A stretch of 64,000 nucleotides of DNA from the NCBI GenBank assembly GCA_013265495.1, contig MU061578.1:4165308-4229307 (forward strand). The letters are read 5' to 3'. The DNA comes from Vicugna vicugna (taxonomy: Eukaryota). The position numbers were made by a program, and so were the translations under genes. Below are positions 42,401 to 52,749 of this stretch, piece after piece. Below the pieces are notes generated by a model. That model ran no database searches, was not told the DNA's origin, and worked only from the letters and a program-made list of their open reading frames with translations. Position 1 is the first letter of the stretch. Every line of letters begins with the position of its first letter.

Positions 42401-45400
42401 TGCCAGCTTGATAAAGACAAGAATAAAAACATTACTGGTTTCGTGTTTAGAAGTTATTTTTAAAAGAACATTAAAAAATACTGCTTGCACAATGAGCTCC
42501 ACACACACAAGGACAGAAGTGAGGTTTCCTTCCACCGCTGCCCAGCCTCCTCCTGAGAGGACCTTGCAGCAGGGCCCCATCTGTTTTAGTGCACACAGCA
42601 CCTGTGGGGATGGTCCTCTTCTCTGCCCGTCAAATGCAATCATACAGCACTTAATTTCTTTAACACAAAAACTGGTTCTATATTTTATAAGCATGTACAA
42701 GTTTCTAACTGACAACCTTTCAGGTTCCTGAACAGAACCATACACACTTAGCACGCCCAGATTCCTAGGCTGTTGTTCTGGGGAAGACATCAAGGATGCA
42801 AGTGTTCAGAGCCCCTGGACCCCTGGAGCAGTGATTTTTGCTCAGTCAGATGACTGCAGACCCCTGTTCTGACACAAGGACAGACACACGAGGAGGGGAA
42901 GTCGCCGGAGGCTACCTTAGGTCTCTAGTTAACTAGGTAGACATGTAACTGCCAAGCAGAGCAGACAAACAGTTGAGCGTTGTCTGCGCAGAGCTTCCTG
43001 CTTGCCGCCCTCTAAATTCTCAGTAGTTTTTGCATATCTCACTACTCCCATGGGGCAATCCTTTGTGGTCAAAGCTGTCTTTTTGCCATCTGCCATTCCT
43101 TCCACGTTACTTCATTCAGCAGAACCTTATACAGTGGGACTCTAAGGAAAAGTGAGAGCATCTCACCCTTGGGTGGAAAACCAGCCCCCGTGCGGAGCAG
43201 GAGTGAAACGTACTGGTGTGAAGGCAGGTTGCAGATATGACTGTCGGGATGCACAGTCACTGCACAGGACTGGCTCCTCGATAGTTTATCTCAGAAATTA
43301 GGAACCGACATGCTCTGATGTGCAGGTGCACCTGCTTCTCACCCTTGGCTTGTGCCCAGTGGGTAGACACCAGGGAAATGAGAACTGGTCCATGTTAACA
43401 CCCTCCCCTCTCCTCCACTGACCTAGTGTTTACCTGGTGTCCATTTCTAGGGATTGCCCCTCCTCCCTTTCCTGAGGGTGGTTGCACGTGTGGGGATGTG
43501 GCCTGAGCTGGACTTGAGACAGAGAAGGAAAGACGGGCATCTTTAGTAGTGAAACTGATGGACTCCTTTGTTTCTGGCAGCTAGGGGTTCGGCCTCCTGC
43601 TGGAATGGCACCAGGAAGAGATGGCTGTGCAGGTAGTAGTACCGAGAGGCTGAAGCTGGCAGCAGACGCCTCACTCATGGCTCCAGACGTCCAGAAGCCA
43701 GCTTGTGCTCCTGTCCCTAGAGTCCAGGGGACAGTCCAATTGCCTCAAACTATGTGTCTTCCCACCTCAGCTCGTCTGCTTGGTTTTACCTGTAACCAAA
43801 CGCACTGTAAGCAAAGCAGGGTCTCTGGTGGAAGAGTGGAGAAGACCCTCGGCCAAGCCTGCGGAGAAGGCGTCTCAGAGGTTGGTGCCCTGAGAGTGTT
43901 TGTTCATTGGTTATTAGTTCTCTTCCTGCCTGAGTCCAGTATTAAATTAGGACCAGCATGATCTGAGATCTTCTTAGAGAAGGACTAGGTATTTCTGTTC
44001 ATAAATGTTCTGACTCCAAGACTTGGTCAGCAAACACCTGGGCTTCACTTCATGCCACAGTCATCTACTTTGTTGGTTGTTTCTTAATACAGTCAAGATG
44101 AGAATACTGAAATTCAAGGATCTTGAATTCTTTTATTCCTGTAGGGGATTTTCAGAGCATTCCACAGCAGGGAGGTGGGACAGAGGGCAGAGGAAGTAAG
44201 ATCCTGGGGGCAGGGCAATGCCATTGGGTGGGAACTGAACAGAAAAACTGAAGAAAAATCCACCAAAAAGGAACAAAAACAGATGGAATAGTGGAAAAGT
44301 GATATGAACAGAAAGGAAGGATAAAAAGCTCTTCTAAGTAATATTCAACCTCAACAGCAAGAGAAATGCAAACTAGAACACGACTGAGATATCACTTTTC
44401 TAGGCAAAATTCTGAATCTGGATACAACACTCTGTGGGGAAATGTGCTCATGGGTTAGTTGAGCTAGTGGACCTGTGGACGTTCGGGAACACTTGCCAAA
44501 CACCCTGGACCCGGTCTCCCACCTCCAGGGATTTCTCTAAACTTTCACACGCGCAGAACGACAGAAGCATGAGGTTAGCTGCTGGGTCACTGTTCAGTGA
44601 AAGATGGGAAACCATTTATTGACTGGGCCGGGGAGGTCACCGACGGCACATTCATACGACACAGAACAGGTTGGAAGAGAACCAGGAGGTTCTGTGTTTA
44701 TGGCGGGAAGGTCTGCAGATACAGCAGAAAGTGAGAGCCGGAACAGAACAGTGTGCAGGGGATGGCACTGCTCGCATGGAGAGGAGAGCAGGAAGCAGTC
44801 AACAGCCTCTGTGTGCAATTTCCAGCCAAAAATGCTGAACTGAAAGGCAGTCACGAGGGGACAATCAAACATAAGCCGAGGGACAGTCTACAAAATAACT
44901 AGTCTGGACTCCTCAGGAATTTTTTTTTTAATTAAAAAAAGTTGGAGTGTAGTTGTTTTTTTGCACTTTATTTGTTTTGAGGGGAGGTAGTTAGGTTTTC
45001 TTATTTCTTTCTTTCTTTATGGAGGTACTGGGGAGCGAACCCAGGACCTCATGCCTGCTAAGCATGCACTCTACCACTTGAGCTATACCTTCCCCCCAGG
45101 GAGCAGTTCTTGATTAAAGGAAACTAAAGAAGTGACAGCCAAACACAATGTGAGGTCCTTGACTGGACTCTGGATTAGGACCAGATCTGCTTAGATGTCA
45201 CGGGGGCAGCGGGAGAAGTGGGAACAGACTGCACAGTGGATACCGCTGCACACTAACCCCTCCTGAGTGTGACAGCCACACGTGCTGATGCTCTTAGGGT
45301 GTTGATGCCAAAGCATTTATGGGTGCAGTCTGACGTCTGCAACAAACTCTCAAATATCCAGGGCAACAATACAGGGATATATAGAGAGCAGATGAGTCAG

Positions 45401-48400
45401 AACGTTAACAACCACTGCCTCCATGTGCAGCATACGTAAGTGTTCCTCACATGAGTCTTTCAACTCCTCTGAAGGTTTGAAATGTTTCAAAATTGGAAGC
45501 TGGGGAAAGAATACATTTGTGCGTTCCTGTGCGTACCTGAAGAAACTCAGGAGGGACTTGAGGGAGCTGTGGGTGCTGGGCTGGGGGGGTGTCTTTTCAC
45601 AGTATATACACCTCTCCATACTTTTTGAACTTTGAAAATGTAAACGTGTTATCTTACACATGCAAAATAAACACATGGTAAAATTTCTGCTATAATTTGT
45701 GAGTCAAATTAGGTCTAGACCAGGTTCCTCAACCTCAGCACTGTCGACAGGTTGGGCTGGATAATTCTCTGCTGTGGGGTCTGCCCCTATGCATTGTAGG
45801 ACTGTGTCTGGCTTCCACCTACTAGATGCCAGTAGAAGCCCCCACCCCACCACCGTGACAACAAAAAATATCTCCGGACACCACCAAGTGTCCCATGGGG
45901 GCAAATTGTTTAGGAAGTCCCAGGCCAGACAAACAGGACCAGGGACTCCTGGGCAATGATGCAGCACTCAGGGAAGTGAGGGTTCGGGGGCACCATTAAG
46001 GCGGCAATACCTGAGGCACCAACCCATCTTTATGAATGCAGTTACCTGGAAACGTTCATTGTAAAAATTACAGATTGGGGGTTGGGTATATCTCAACGGT
46101 AGGGCCCATACTTAGCATGCTCCCAGTCCTGGGTTCAATCCCCAGTACCTCCATAAATAAAGTAAAATATCAGCTGAATTTGGCAACCACACATTTCTAA
46201 TAATTGGGTCTTTTATGGCCTTCTGGGTCCCTGAGAGCATGGACAGGGCAGTGCAGAGGTGTGAAACTGGCATCGCAGTGTGTTTGCTCACCCTGTCCCC
46301 CGACACGAGGCAGTTCCCGTTGGGGCTCCAGCTGAGGACGGTGATGTCGGCGGTGTGCGTTGGGGGGACCACGTGCTGCTCCTTGTCCTGCTTATTAAAC
46401 ACGACCACTTCTCCTGTCTCCCAGCCCACAGCCAGAATCAGCCGCGTTTGGTGCCAGCACAGGGAGGTAACCCGGAACGCCCTCTCCATATGTGTCTCCG
46501 GCACGTGATCACCCTGCGACAGACGAGGTATGGCCCTGGTTACAGGGAGTGGCAGATACTCTAAGAACCCAGTCAGTGGAATGACACTGGCTACAAAATA
46601 TAAAGAGCTGTTTATTAAGGAAATAGTAACTTAATTTTCATAGAAACATTCATCTGACCACACTGATCAGCTTGTCAATAAAACTTTATTTACAAAAACA
46701 AGTGGTGGGCCAGCACGTGAAGTGGGTCAACCCAAGATTCTCGAAGTGTGGTTAGGCAACCCTGAGGACCTTTTTGGGGTCTGCAGGGCCAAGGTCATTT
46801 TCAGAATGATTCAAAGATATGCTTTGTCTTATTAACTCTCATTCTCTCAGGAGTGTTTGGTGGAGTTTTCCAGAAGCTCTGTGATGTGTGATGATGTCAC
46901 TGCTCTGACAGCTAATGGAATAAGTGCTTATATAGTCTTGTGTTTTCTAGAATTTTCTAAGGCAGTAGTTTTAGGGTATAAATTGTGTATTTTCAGAGAT
47001 TAATTCAGTTTTTTCTCAGCACTTCTACTGAGCTCTTTCTAGCAATCTCCAGTTATATCTGCTATTTCTGTGACCTCATTATCATCCAATAAATCATTAT
47101 TTCAAAATCTCAAAGCTTTCTTTGTGCCAATTAGAAACACAGGAAACCATAGTGACAGTCATGGCCTATTTTAAGTTTTCTAAATGTTAAAATGTATCTA
47201 AAAATGCTATTATTTTGGAATTTAATAATATTTATCTTAAAGAGCAATTTTTAATACATATTGGAGATTTCTGTGACTCCCAAAAGGGAGGACTATACAT
47301 CAAAACAGCTGGGCGACACTGTGAGTGGCACTGGGGCCAAAGACTGGCCTGTGTCCCACAGGAGATCACAGTGAGCACATCAGGAGGGTTTGCCCTCGTG
47401 CACGTGGTGATGAGGGAAGGGCTTCCTCAGGAAGTGCCCACTGAGCCTCTTTCAACCGGAGGATTAAGGTACTAATTAGGCAAAAAAGTCAAGAAAGAGT
47501 GTCCCGGGTGGAGGGCACAGTGGGAGGAGTGAGGGGGGAGGCCCATGTGTCTGCAGCATGGAAGGAGGAGACCACACGTGAGGCAGGTACTGGGGCCCCG
47601 TCTGGGATTTCTGTCCTCACTGAAAGAGCAATGCGGCAGTAGGGAGCAATTCCATCTCTGATTCCAAAAGATGCCTCTGCTGCTGGGTGGGGGTTGTGGG
47701 CTGCTGCAGGGAGGAGGCTGTGCTGGTTTGCCAGAGGAAAAGGGGTAAACTAAAAAAATCTGGTGGTGGGTTCAAGGCAGGGGAGGGGAGTCACTGTCAT
47801 TCCCAGGCCCCACTCTAGGCACCTGGACTAAGGCTGATGACTTTCACTGAGACAGGAGGTCCCAACACTAAGCCTTTGCAGGGAAATGTGGGGCAGGGCA
47901 CGAGTAGGGCAAAGTTCAGTCTTTTTTTGGTCACGTAGACAATGGGGTCTGTTTAAAACACCCAGGAGACAGCCCATGGACAGCTGGATTCCTACATCTG
48001 CAGCGCAGGGGGGTACTTACAGGCTAGAGCCATAGGCCAGTAAGTCATCTACTGATACAGTAACCAGTCTCAGGAGGAGGAGGAGACAGAGGGAGAAAGG
48101 GCTTGGACAGGCTCTGAGATGAGCTGACGGCAGTCAGGTTTGGAAGAGGACAGCTGGGAGGCCTGGAGGAGGCAGGGGGGAGGGCAGCCCCCTGGAGTTC
48201 CAGGTGTGCTCTCTGGAGGACCTCACAAGAGTGTGAACCGCGCAGAGAGGGGATGGCGGTGGATAAGGACCCATGGGGTGTGTTATGCAGATGTCGCTGA
48301 TGAATTCAAGCTTGGTTGAACTTACCGGAGTGACAGCGAGACTGCAGAGGGTGGAGGGGTGAGTAGGGAAGGAAATCTGTTTTTCTTGGTGAAGCAGGAG

Positions 48401-49108
48401 GTACACAAGAATTTGGGAGGGTAGTGCTAGAGGTTTCAGGAGCTTCTAGAAAGTTTCTGTTATGGGTTGAATTGTGCACCCCCAAAAATATGTTGAAGTC
48501 CTAGCCTTGGTACTTGTGATATGACCTTATTTAAAAATAAGGTCTTTGCAGATGATCAAGTTAAGATGAGGTCATGAGGGTGGGTCCTAATCCAACATGA
48601 CTGGTATCCTTATAAGAAGAGGAAAGAGACATGGACACACAAAGGAGATGGCTGTGTGATGATGGAGGGAGAGACAGGAGTGATACAGGTACAAGCTGAG
48701 GAACACTGGGGATGGCTGGCAGTCACCAGAAGCGAATACAGAGCACAGAACAGATCCTCCACTAGAGCTTTTAGAGAGGGCAAGGCCCTGCCCGCCCCTT
48801 GTGCAAGACTTCTGGCCTCTGGAACCATGCGAAAATACATTTTGGTTGTTTCAAGCCACCCGATTTGTGGTCTTTTGTTATGGCAGCTACTGGAAACGAA
48901 TAGTGTCAAATAGCCAATGTGAGCTGACAGGAGGCTGGATCAGGATGGACAGATGACACTGAGGGGCCAGTTCTGGTTGGGGACTGGGAATTGATTGTGG
49001 AATCTGTCTTAAGCATTCCTAAATATGTCTCCCAGACTAAATAGCAGGGGTAAAATAATTATTCACATAATAGGGCTTTTACAATATTGGGAATTTGGCC
49101 TCAGTGAG

Positions 49109-49139
<31 letters not shown>

Positions 49140-49347
49140 GAACAAAAGAGAGATAAGAGCCAGAGGCCACTGAAGTCAGAATTGTTTCTTTCCTACTCAC
49201 CTGCTCCAGGTATATATCCACACTGCCACCCGAGGTCGTGCTGACAGAAGCGACTGCCAGGAATGGGTGAACAGGGTGCCAAGTAATGTGAGAGGGAGAT
49301 CCAACTGAGTCTGGGGCATCTATGCGGTGGTCAAAATAGAGGGCCAT
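16146..49347 (-). CDS. IFT140: IFT140 (intraflagellar transport 140, IFT-A core; WD40 + TPR), spliced and 3'-partial
   Basis: 17 exons with proper splice sites and continuous phase, 2402 nt in total; N-terminus [34 protein letters not shown]; remaining exons lie beyond position 1. Confidence 0.97.
19569..19700 (-). CDS. IFT140: IFT140 exon 18
   Basis: ctgcag|[50 protein letters not shown]; 132 nt. Confidence 0.93.
20887..21055 (-). CDS. IFT140: IFT140 exon 17
   Basis: ttgcag|[31 protein letters not shown]...DGSGPT|GTATCA; 169 nt. Confidence 0.9.
22577..22707 (-). CDS. IFT140: IFT140 exon 16
   Basis: ccccag|[31 protein letters not shown]...ETK AA|GTAAGA; 131 nt. Confidence 0.92.
24911..25028 (-). 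CDS. IFT140: IFT140 exon 15
   Basis: cccgcag|[45 protein letters not shown]; 118 nt. Confidence 0.92.
26395..26553 (+). mobile_element. 5'-truncated young LINE-1 3' end with poly(A) and 20-bp TSD
   Basis: AATAAA plus A-tail; identical flanks AAGAATCTAAACCAAGACTT at 26375-26394 and 26554-26573. Confidence 0.85.
26715..26842 (-). CDS. IFT140: IFT140 exon 14
   Basis: cctcag|[50 protein letters not shown]; 128 nt. Confidence 0.94.
26860..27560. mobile_element. Degenerate LINE-2-like fragments
   Basis: L2-like phrases such as 'gacagggccctgcccttggagga' and 'gattttattctatgtga...gagggttttgagc'; pattern recognition only. Confidence 0.35.
27955..28640. repeat. Degenerate minisatellite, ~21-23 bp unit (consensus ~CTTCCCAGCAKGCCTTTCAYTC), about 30 copies
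   Basis: TTCCCAGCAGGC/TTCCCAGCATGC/TTCCCACTATGC cores recur at ~22-nt spacing; strongly pyrimidine-skewed + strand. Confidence 0.9.
29197..29636 (+). mobile_element. MaLR solo LTR (MLT1-type)
   Basis: TGTACTGGGTTGAAT start, 'ccttatttggaaa..gggtctttgcagatgtaattaag', 'aataaatttc..ttttaagccac..tttgtggtcatttgttatggcag..ctaggaaactaagaca' end. Confidence 0.85.
30113..30204 (-). CDS. IFT140: IFT140 exon 13
   Basis: ttttag|(G)[36 protein letters not shown]; 92 nt. Confidence 0.93.
31153..31582 (+). mobile_element. MaLR solo LTR (MLT1-type)
   Basis: 'gattatcttggattatgcaggtgggccctaaatg..atcacaag', 'gccaaggattgctggcagccacca', 'tttgtggtcattgttacagcagcc'. Confidence 0.8.
32130..32202 (-). CDS. IFT140: IFT140 exon 12
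   Basis: tttttag|[31 protein letters not shown]; 73 nt. Confidence 0.92.
32337..32540 (-). CDS. IFT140: IFT140 exon 11 (GC donor)
   Basis: atgcag|[33 protein letters not shown]...[18 protein letters not shown]; 204 nt. Confidence 0.9.
35160..35898 (+). mobile_element. Old LINE-1 (L1M-type) fragments including a 3' UTR
   Basis: 'acccaagagaaatgaaaaca', 'acatggatgaaccttaaaaacattatg', 'agagacagaaagtagatt', 'tggggtgatgaaaatgttcta'. Confidence 0.8.
36120..36265 (-). CDS. IFT140: IFT140 exon 10
   Basis: cctgtag|(G)[19 protein letters not shown]...[23 protein letters not shown]; 146 nt. Confidence 0.93.
36407..36463. repeat. (TG)14(CG)5..(CA)n compound microsatellite
   Basis: Read directly; 57 nt of unbroken purine/pyrimidine alternation. 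Confidence 0.95.
36803..36909 (-). CDS. IFT140: IFT140 exon 9
   Basis: ttgtag|(R)[42 protein letters not shown]; 107 nt. Confidence 0.94.
37344..37435 (-). CDS. IFT140: IFT140 exon 8
   Basis: gtgcag|[38 protein letters not shown]; 92 nt. Confidence 0.93.
38375..38550 (-). CDS. IFT140: IFT140 exon 7
   Basis: ccccag|(G)[29 protein letters not shown]...AEEMMK|GTGTGT; 176 nt. Confidence 0.94.
40290..40432 (-). CDS. IFT140: IFT140 exon 6
   Basis: ttccag|[25 protein letters not shown]...[14 protein letters not shown]; 143 nt. Confidence 0.94.
40592..40713 (-). CDS. IFT140: IFT140 exon 5
   Basis: cttccag|[48 protein letters not shown]; 122 nt. Confidence 0.94.
40945..41910 (-). mobile_element. 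Old LINE-1 3' UTR (L1MC/L1MD-type)
   Basis: 'tttaattttggaatagattcagatttaaggaaaagttgcaaaga', 'tcaatatggactcatggatattta', 'atcagccatttctccagggagccctggttccttttattgga'. Confidence 0.75.
44300..45690 (+). mobile_element. Fragmented old LINE-1 (L1ME/MC-type), interrupted by a SINE
   Basis: 'tattcaacctca..agagaaatgcaaa', 'aaggaaactaaagaagtgacagccaaacacaatgtg', 'tctgaaggtttgaaatgtttcaaaat'. Confidence 0.55.
44960..45097 (-). mobile_element. tRNA-derived SINE (camelid vic-1-like)
   Basis: 'ggaggtactggggagcgaacccaggacctcatgcctgctaagcatgcactctaccacttgagctatacc' is a reversed tRNA-like A/B-box head with a 'ggggaggtagttaggttt' tail. Confidence 0.8.
45721..45908 (+). mobile_element. MER20-like hAT DNA transposon
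   Basis: 'ctcaacctcagcactgtcgaca..tgggctggataattctctgctgtgggg..tgcattgtagga..ctactagatgccagtag..gtgacaacaaaaaatatctcc..ggggcaaa'. Confidence 0.8.
46077..46165 (+). mobile_element. tRNA-derived SINE (same family)
   Basis: 'gggtatatctcaacggtag..cttagcatgc..gtcctgggttcaatccccagtacctccataaataaa'. Confidence 0.75.
46292..46513 (-). CDS. IFT140: IFT140 exon 4
   Basis: gtcgcag|[36 protein letters not shown]...CLVSGDR|GTGAGC; 222 nt, WD40 repeat. Confidence 0.95.
46733..47322. mobile_element. hAT-Charlie-type DNA transposon remnant
   Basis: Degenerate terminal 'ttctcgaagtgtggt'; internal 'ctctcattctctcaggagtg..gtggagttttccagaagct..tgatgtgtgatg'. Confidence 0.55.
48458..48903 (+). mobile_element. 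MaLR solo LTR (MLT1-type)
   Basis: 'tgttatgggttgaattgtg..gtctttgcagatgatcaagttaagatgaggtcat..cctaatccaacatgactggtatccttataagaagagga..tttgttatggcagc'. Confidence 0.88.
49111..49138. repeat. (CA)14 microsatellite
   Basis: Read directly from the sequence. Confidence 0.95.
49201..49347 (-). CDS. IFT140: IFT140 first coding exon (exon 3; whole exon 49201-49378 including 31 nt of UTR)
   Basis: Acceptor ttttcccctgcag| at 49379; ATG 49347-49345; MALYFDH...DIYLEQ|GTGAGT; 147 nt of CDS. Confidence 0.96.
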
Positions 49348-49682
49348 GATGAAACTCAGACCCGGTCAGGGCTGAAATCTGCAGGGGAAAAACAACCAAG
49401 TCCTGTTGGTTTTCAACAAGACAAACAAAACAACTAGACAGAGAATTAGGAAACAGAATCATCACAAACCTACAAGCATAAGACACTCAGCAACTTATAA
49501 ATGCCCCTTCAGACCGATGCAGGCAATTTTAGGTGGAAGAGATCTTCACTGGGAAAAAAAAATATGTGATTAGAAGCAAGGGATTATATCTGGCATGATG
49601 GAAAACAGTAACACATACTGCCATCAAGACAATAAAGAAAACCCTGAGGCCTAGGCTGTATGTGTAATCCTTGATAATTTTT

Positions 49683-49817
49683 TTGGTGGGGAGGGAGGTA
49701 ATTAGGTTTATTTATTTACTTATTTTTAATTATTATTTTTTAATGGAGGTACTGGGGATTGAACCCAGGACCTTGCGCATGCTGAGCACATGCTCTACCA
49801 CTGAGCTATGCCCACCC
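49683..49817 (-). mobile_element. tRNA-derived SINE (camelid vic-1-like) with TSD
   Basis: 'ggaggtactggggattgaacccaggacc..tgctctaccactgagctatg'; flanks TCCTTGAT(A/C)ATTTTT at 49668-49682 and 49818-49832. Confidence 0.85.
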
Positions 49818-50339
49818 TCCTTGATCATTTTTATTCCAATCATAATAAGGACAATTTATATTTCTCTAACTCCTCTTTCAGCAAAATTTTCAAACAAAAA
49901 GAAAGAAAACTGCTTCATGAAAGAGAAATGTATGGGAAAACCTAGTGCTCAATTTCTTTTTTTTTTTCCTTCATTTTTTTTCTTTTTTTTTTCAATTTCT
50001 GAGTGAGCATGAAAACTCAGGCTGCTTCTCCCTTCCACTGAGGTGGCAGCAGCAAAAGGACTCATTTGTCAGAGAGTCAAGAAAGCGAAGCTATAGCAAC
50101 TGAGGAGAAATAGAACTTCATTAGTTACATGAACTTAAAATATTTTTTTCTTTCCTGGAAAAGATGTGCACACTGTCCCTTTATAGGAGGGGCGGGAAGG
50201 AGAATGGAATGACAGTCTGATGACTGCCCACGTTTTCAAATCCTGGAGTCAGTTTGGGGAGGCCAGTTAGCAGGGAAGAGATGATATGTGAGTTAGTTTG
50301 CTATCTTTAAAACTGTTCAACTTCAAATGGGTAATATCA

Positions 50340-51070
50340 AATGGGTATTATCAGAAAAATAGAAAGTAAAAAGTGTTGGTGAGGATGTGGAAAAATTGGA
50401 ACCCTTGTGCACTGCTGGTGGGAGTATAAATGGTGCAGATGCTGCGGAACAATTTGGCAGTTCCCTAAATATTACACATTGAATTGCCACATAATTCAAT
50501 AATTCCAGTTCTGGATATATACCCCAAAGAATTGAAAGCAAGGACTTGAACAGCTATTTGAACACAATATTCATAGCAGCATCCTTCAGAATAAAAAGGT
50601 GGAAACAACCCAAATGTCTATCGACAGATGAATGAATAAACAAAATGTGGTATATTCATACAATGGAATATTATCCAGCCTTAAAAAGGAAAGAAATTCT
50701 GACACATTACAACATGGGTGAACCTAGAAGACATTATGCTAAGTGACATAAGCCAGACACAAAAGAACAAATATTGTATGACTCCACTTGCACAAGGTAC
50801 CTAGAATCGTCAGTCACAGAGAGACAGAAAGTAGACTGGTGGTTGTCACAGCCTGCTGGAGGCGGGGCTGGGAAATTAGAATTTAATGTATATAGGGTTT
50901 CAGTGAGTGAAAATGAAAAAAAATTCTGGAGATGGATGGTGGTGACAGCTGCATAATAACATGAATGTACTTAATGCCACCACTGAACTGTATATACTTA
51001 CGAACGGCTAAAATAGTAAATTGTATATTATCTACATTTAACCACAACAACAAATTTTGGAAAAAAAACT
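50340..51070 (+). mobile_element. LINE-1 3' end (L1MA/MB-type)
   Basis: 'gtgttggtgaggatgtggaaaaattggaacccttgtgcactgctggtggga', 'acagatgaatgaataaacaaaatgtggtata', 'gttctggagatggatggtggtga'-like segment, A-rich end. Confidence 0.88.
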
Positions 51071-52749
51071 ATCCAGCACCTGCAAAATTCTATCACTAGA
51101 GTAGGGAATGGACTATGCCATTTGCTTTTAACAATAGTTGTATCAGAGGAAGCCAGGTTGGGTCTAGAGACAGAAACTTGGTTCTTCAAGAAGCTAGAAG
51201 GCACATGGGTACAGTCACATTTCAAATGCTTATCTTTTTCTTATGAACATAGACCCTGAATACTAAACTCACTACCACAAACTGAAGAGCCTCTTCAGGG
51301 CTCGTGGTAGAGCACCCGGGCACCGGCAGGAGGAGCAGGGTGGGTGGGGGCCTGGGATCAGGGGAGAAGGCAGGATCTGGAGGCCTCCTGCACATACAGC
51401 ACTTAGGGGGCATCTACACTGGTCAGGGCTCTGGCTTCCTTGATTAGAGTCTTCATGCAAACATTCACAGAAAGCCAATGACAATGAGGCACATCAGGTT
51501 AAAAACTGGGCAGTTTAATGCAGCAAGGAAACCTTTGAAAGTGGGTTTTAATGTATTGCAGCCAACCCAGAGTCTCCATTCTGGGATATTGGAAATTCTT
51601 ATTCATATTTAACAAGTTTACTTTGTGTAAATATGCCTTGGAAAAATGAATAACATGTTAATTTTATTGAAATGATGGAGAAGGAGTTAGAATAGCATTT
51701 GACAGAGTTAAACCAGATTTCCTCTCTTTGATTTCAAACATCACTTTGTAATAAGCAAGTGTGCTAAAAGATCTTTAAATTACTTTCTTCTTGCCTGGAG
51801 GAAGGCTCTCTTCCCTACACCCCTGCTCTGGGAAATCAGGAAGCCTCCTTTCCTCCAGGGAGCTCTCAGACTTGATTTTTTGGTTGTTCAGTGCTTCTGC
51901 CCAGTGTCCCCATAGAACCCTGTATTTCTCTATTGCTGCGTTTAGACTTTATTGCAAATGTGTGTTTGACTGACCATTCTCTACTCCCTACCAGACTATC
52001 TGCCCCATAGGGTAAGGGACCACCAGAACATTTCCAGCTCTTAGAACAGTGCCTTCCACAGAATAGGTCAGGATATGAGAATTCCTGATGAAGATACTTA
52101 TTAGCAAGGAACGATGTTTTTGATGTTTTGTTAGTTGTAAAAAGTGGGTTAAGGCCAGGGCAAATGAATCCATTTTTATACAATGTATGACTTCATCATT
52201 CTTTTCACTTGTGTTTTAACATTTTTCTACCATGGATAAGTATCATCTGCATAATTACAAAAGAAAAGTTACCAAAGTAAACACAAGGAGGAGCGATGAC
52301 TAACAAAATCGTGAGCTCATGGCATCTATTAATTACATCAGTTCAGAAACAAGTCTATTTCCTTTCCTTAAAACAAACTCGGGGTCTCTAAAACACACAA
52401 CGATTTGGCAAATAAATAAACTTTGAGGAAAAGAGAAAAAATTTCCATTTGTTCCCACCGATTTGCTCCTGTCACTCCCAGCTGTCCAACATCTTTACGC
52501 CTCCGCCAAATCAGCTTTTGGGAAAGAACCTGTTAAGGTCTCTCAACTGAGCGGTTCGTGAAAATAAGGATAACTTCAGTTGCATTACTGCTTGGAGATG
52601 CTGTGGGAGGGAACCGGAAGGACTCAGAGGCAATGGGGGTTGAGTGGAGGGGCATGAGGACAGGCGCTAGGGGCCACCCCGAAAAGCCTCACCCTCTGGA
52701 CAACCGCCCCTGGGCTTCGGGCAGTGCAGGGTCAGAACTGCGTCCCATG

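Noticed and set aside
46077..46165. tRNA gene (also at ~45050 and ~49780)
   Set aside because: A/B boxes are present but followed by a SINE body and A-rich tail; repeated degenerate copies
51265..51340. Possible extra IFT140 5'-UTR exon (donor-like GTA|GTGAGT near 51271 on minus)
   Set aside because: No convincing acceptor upstream
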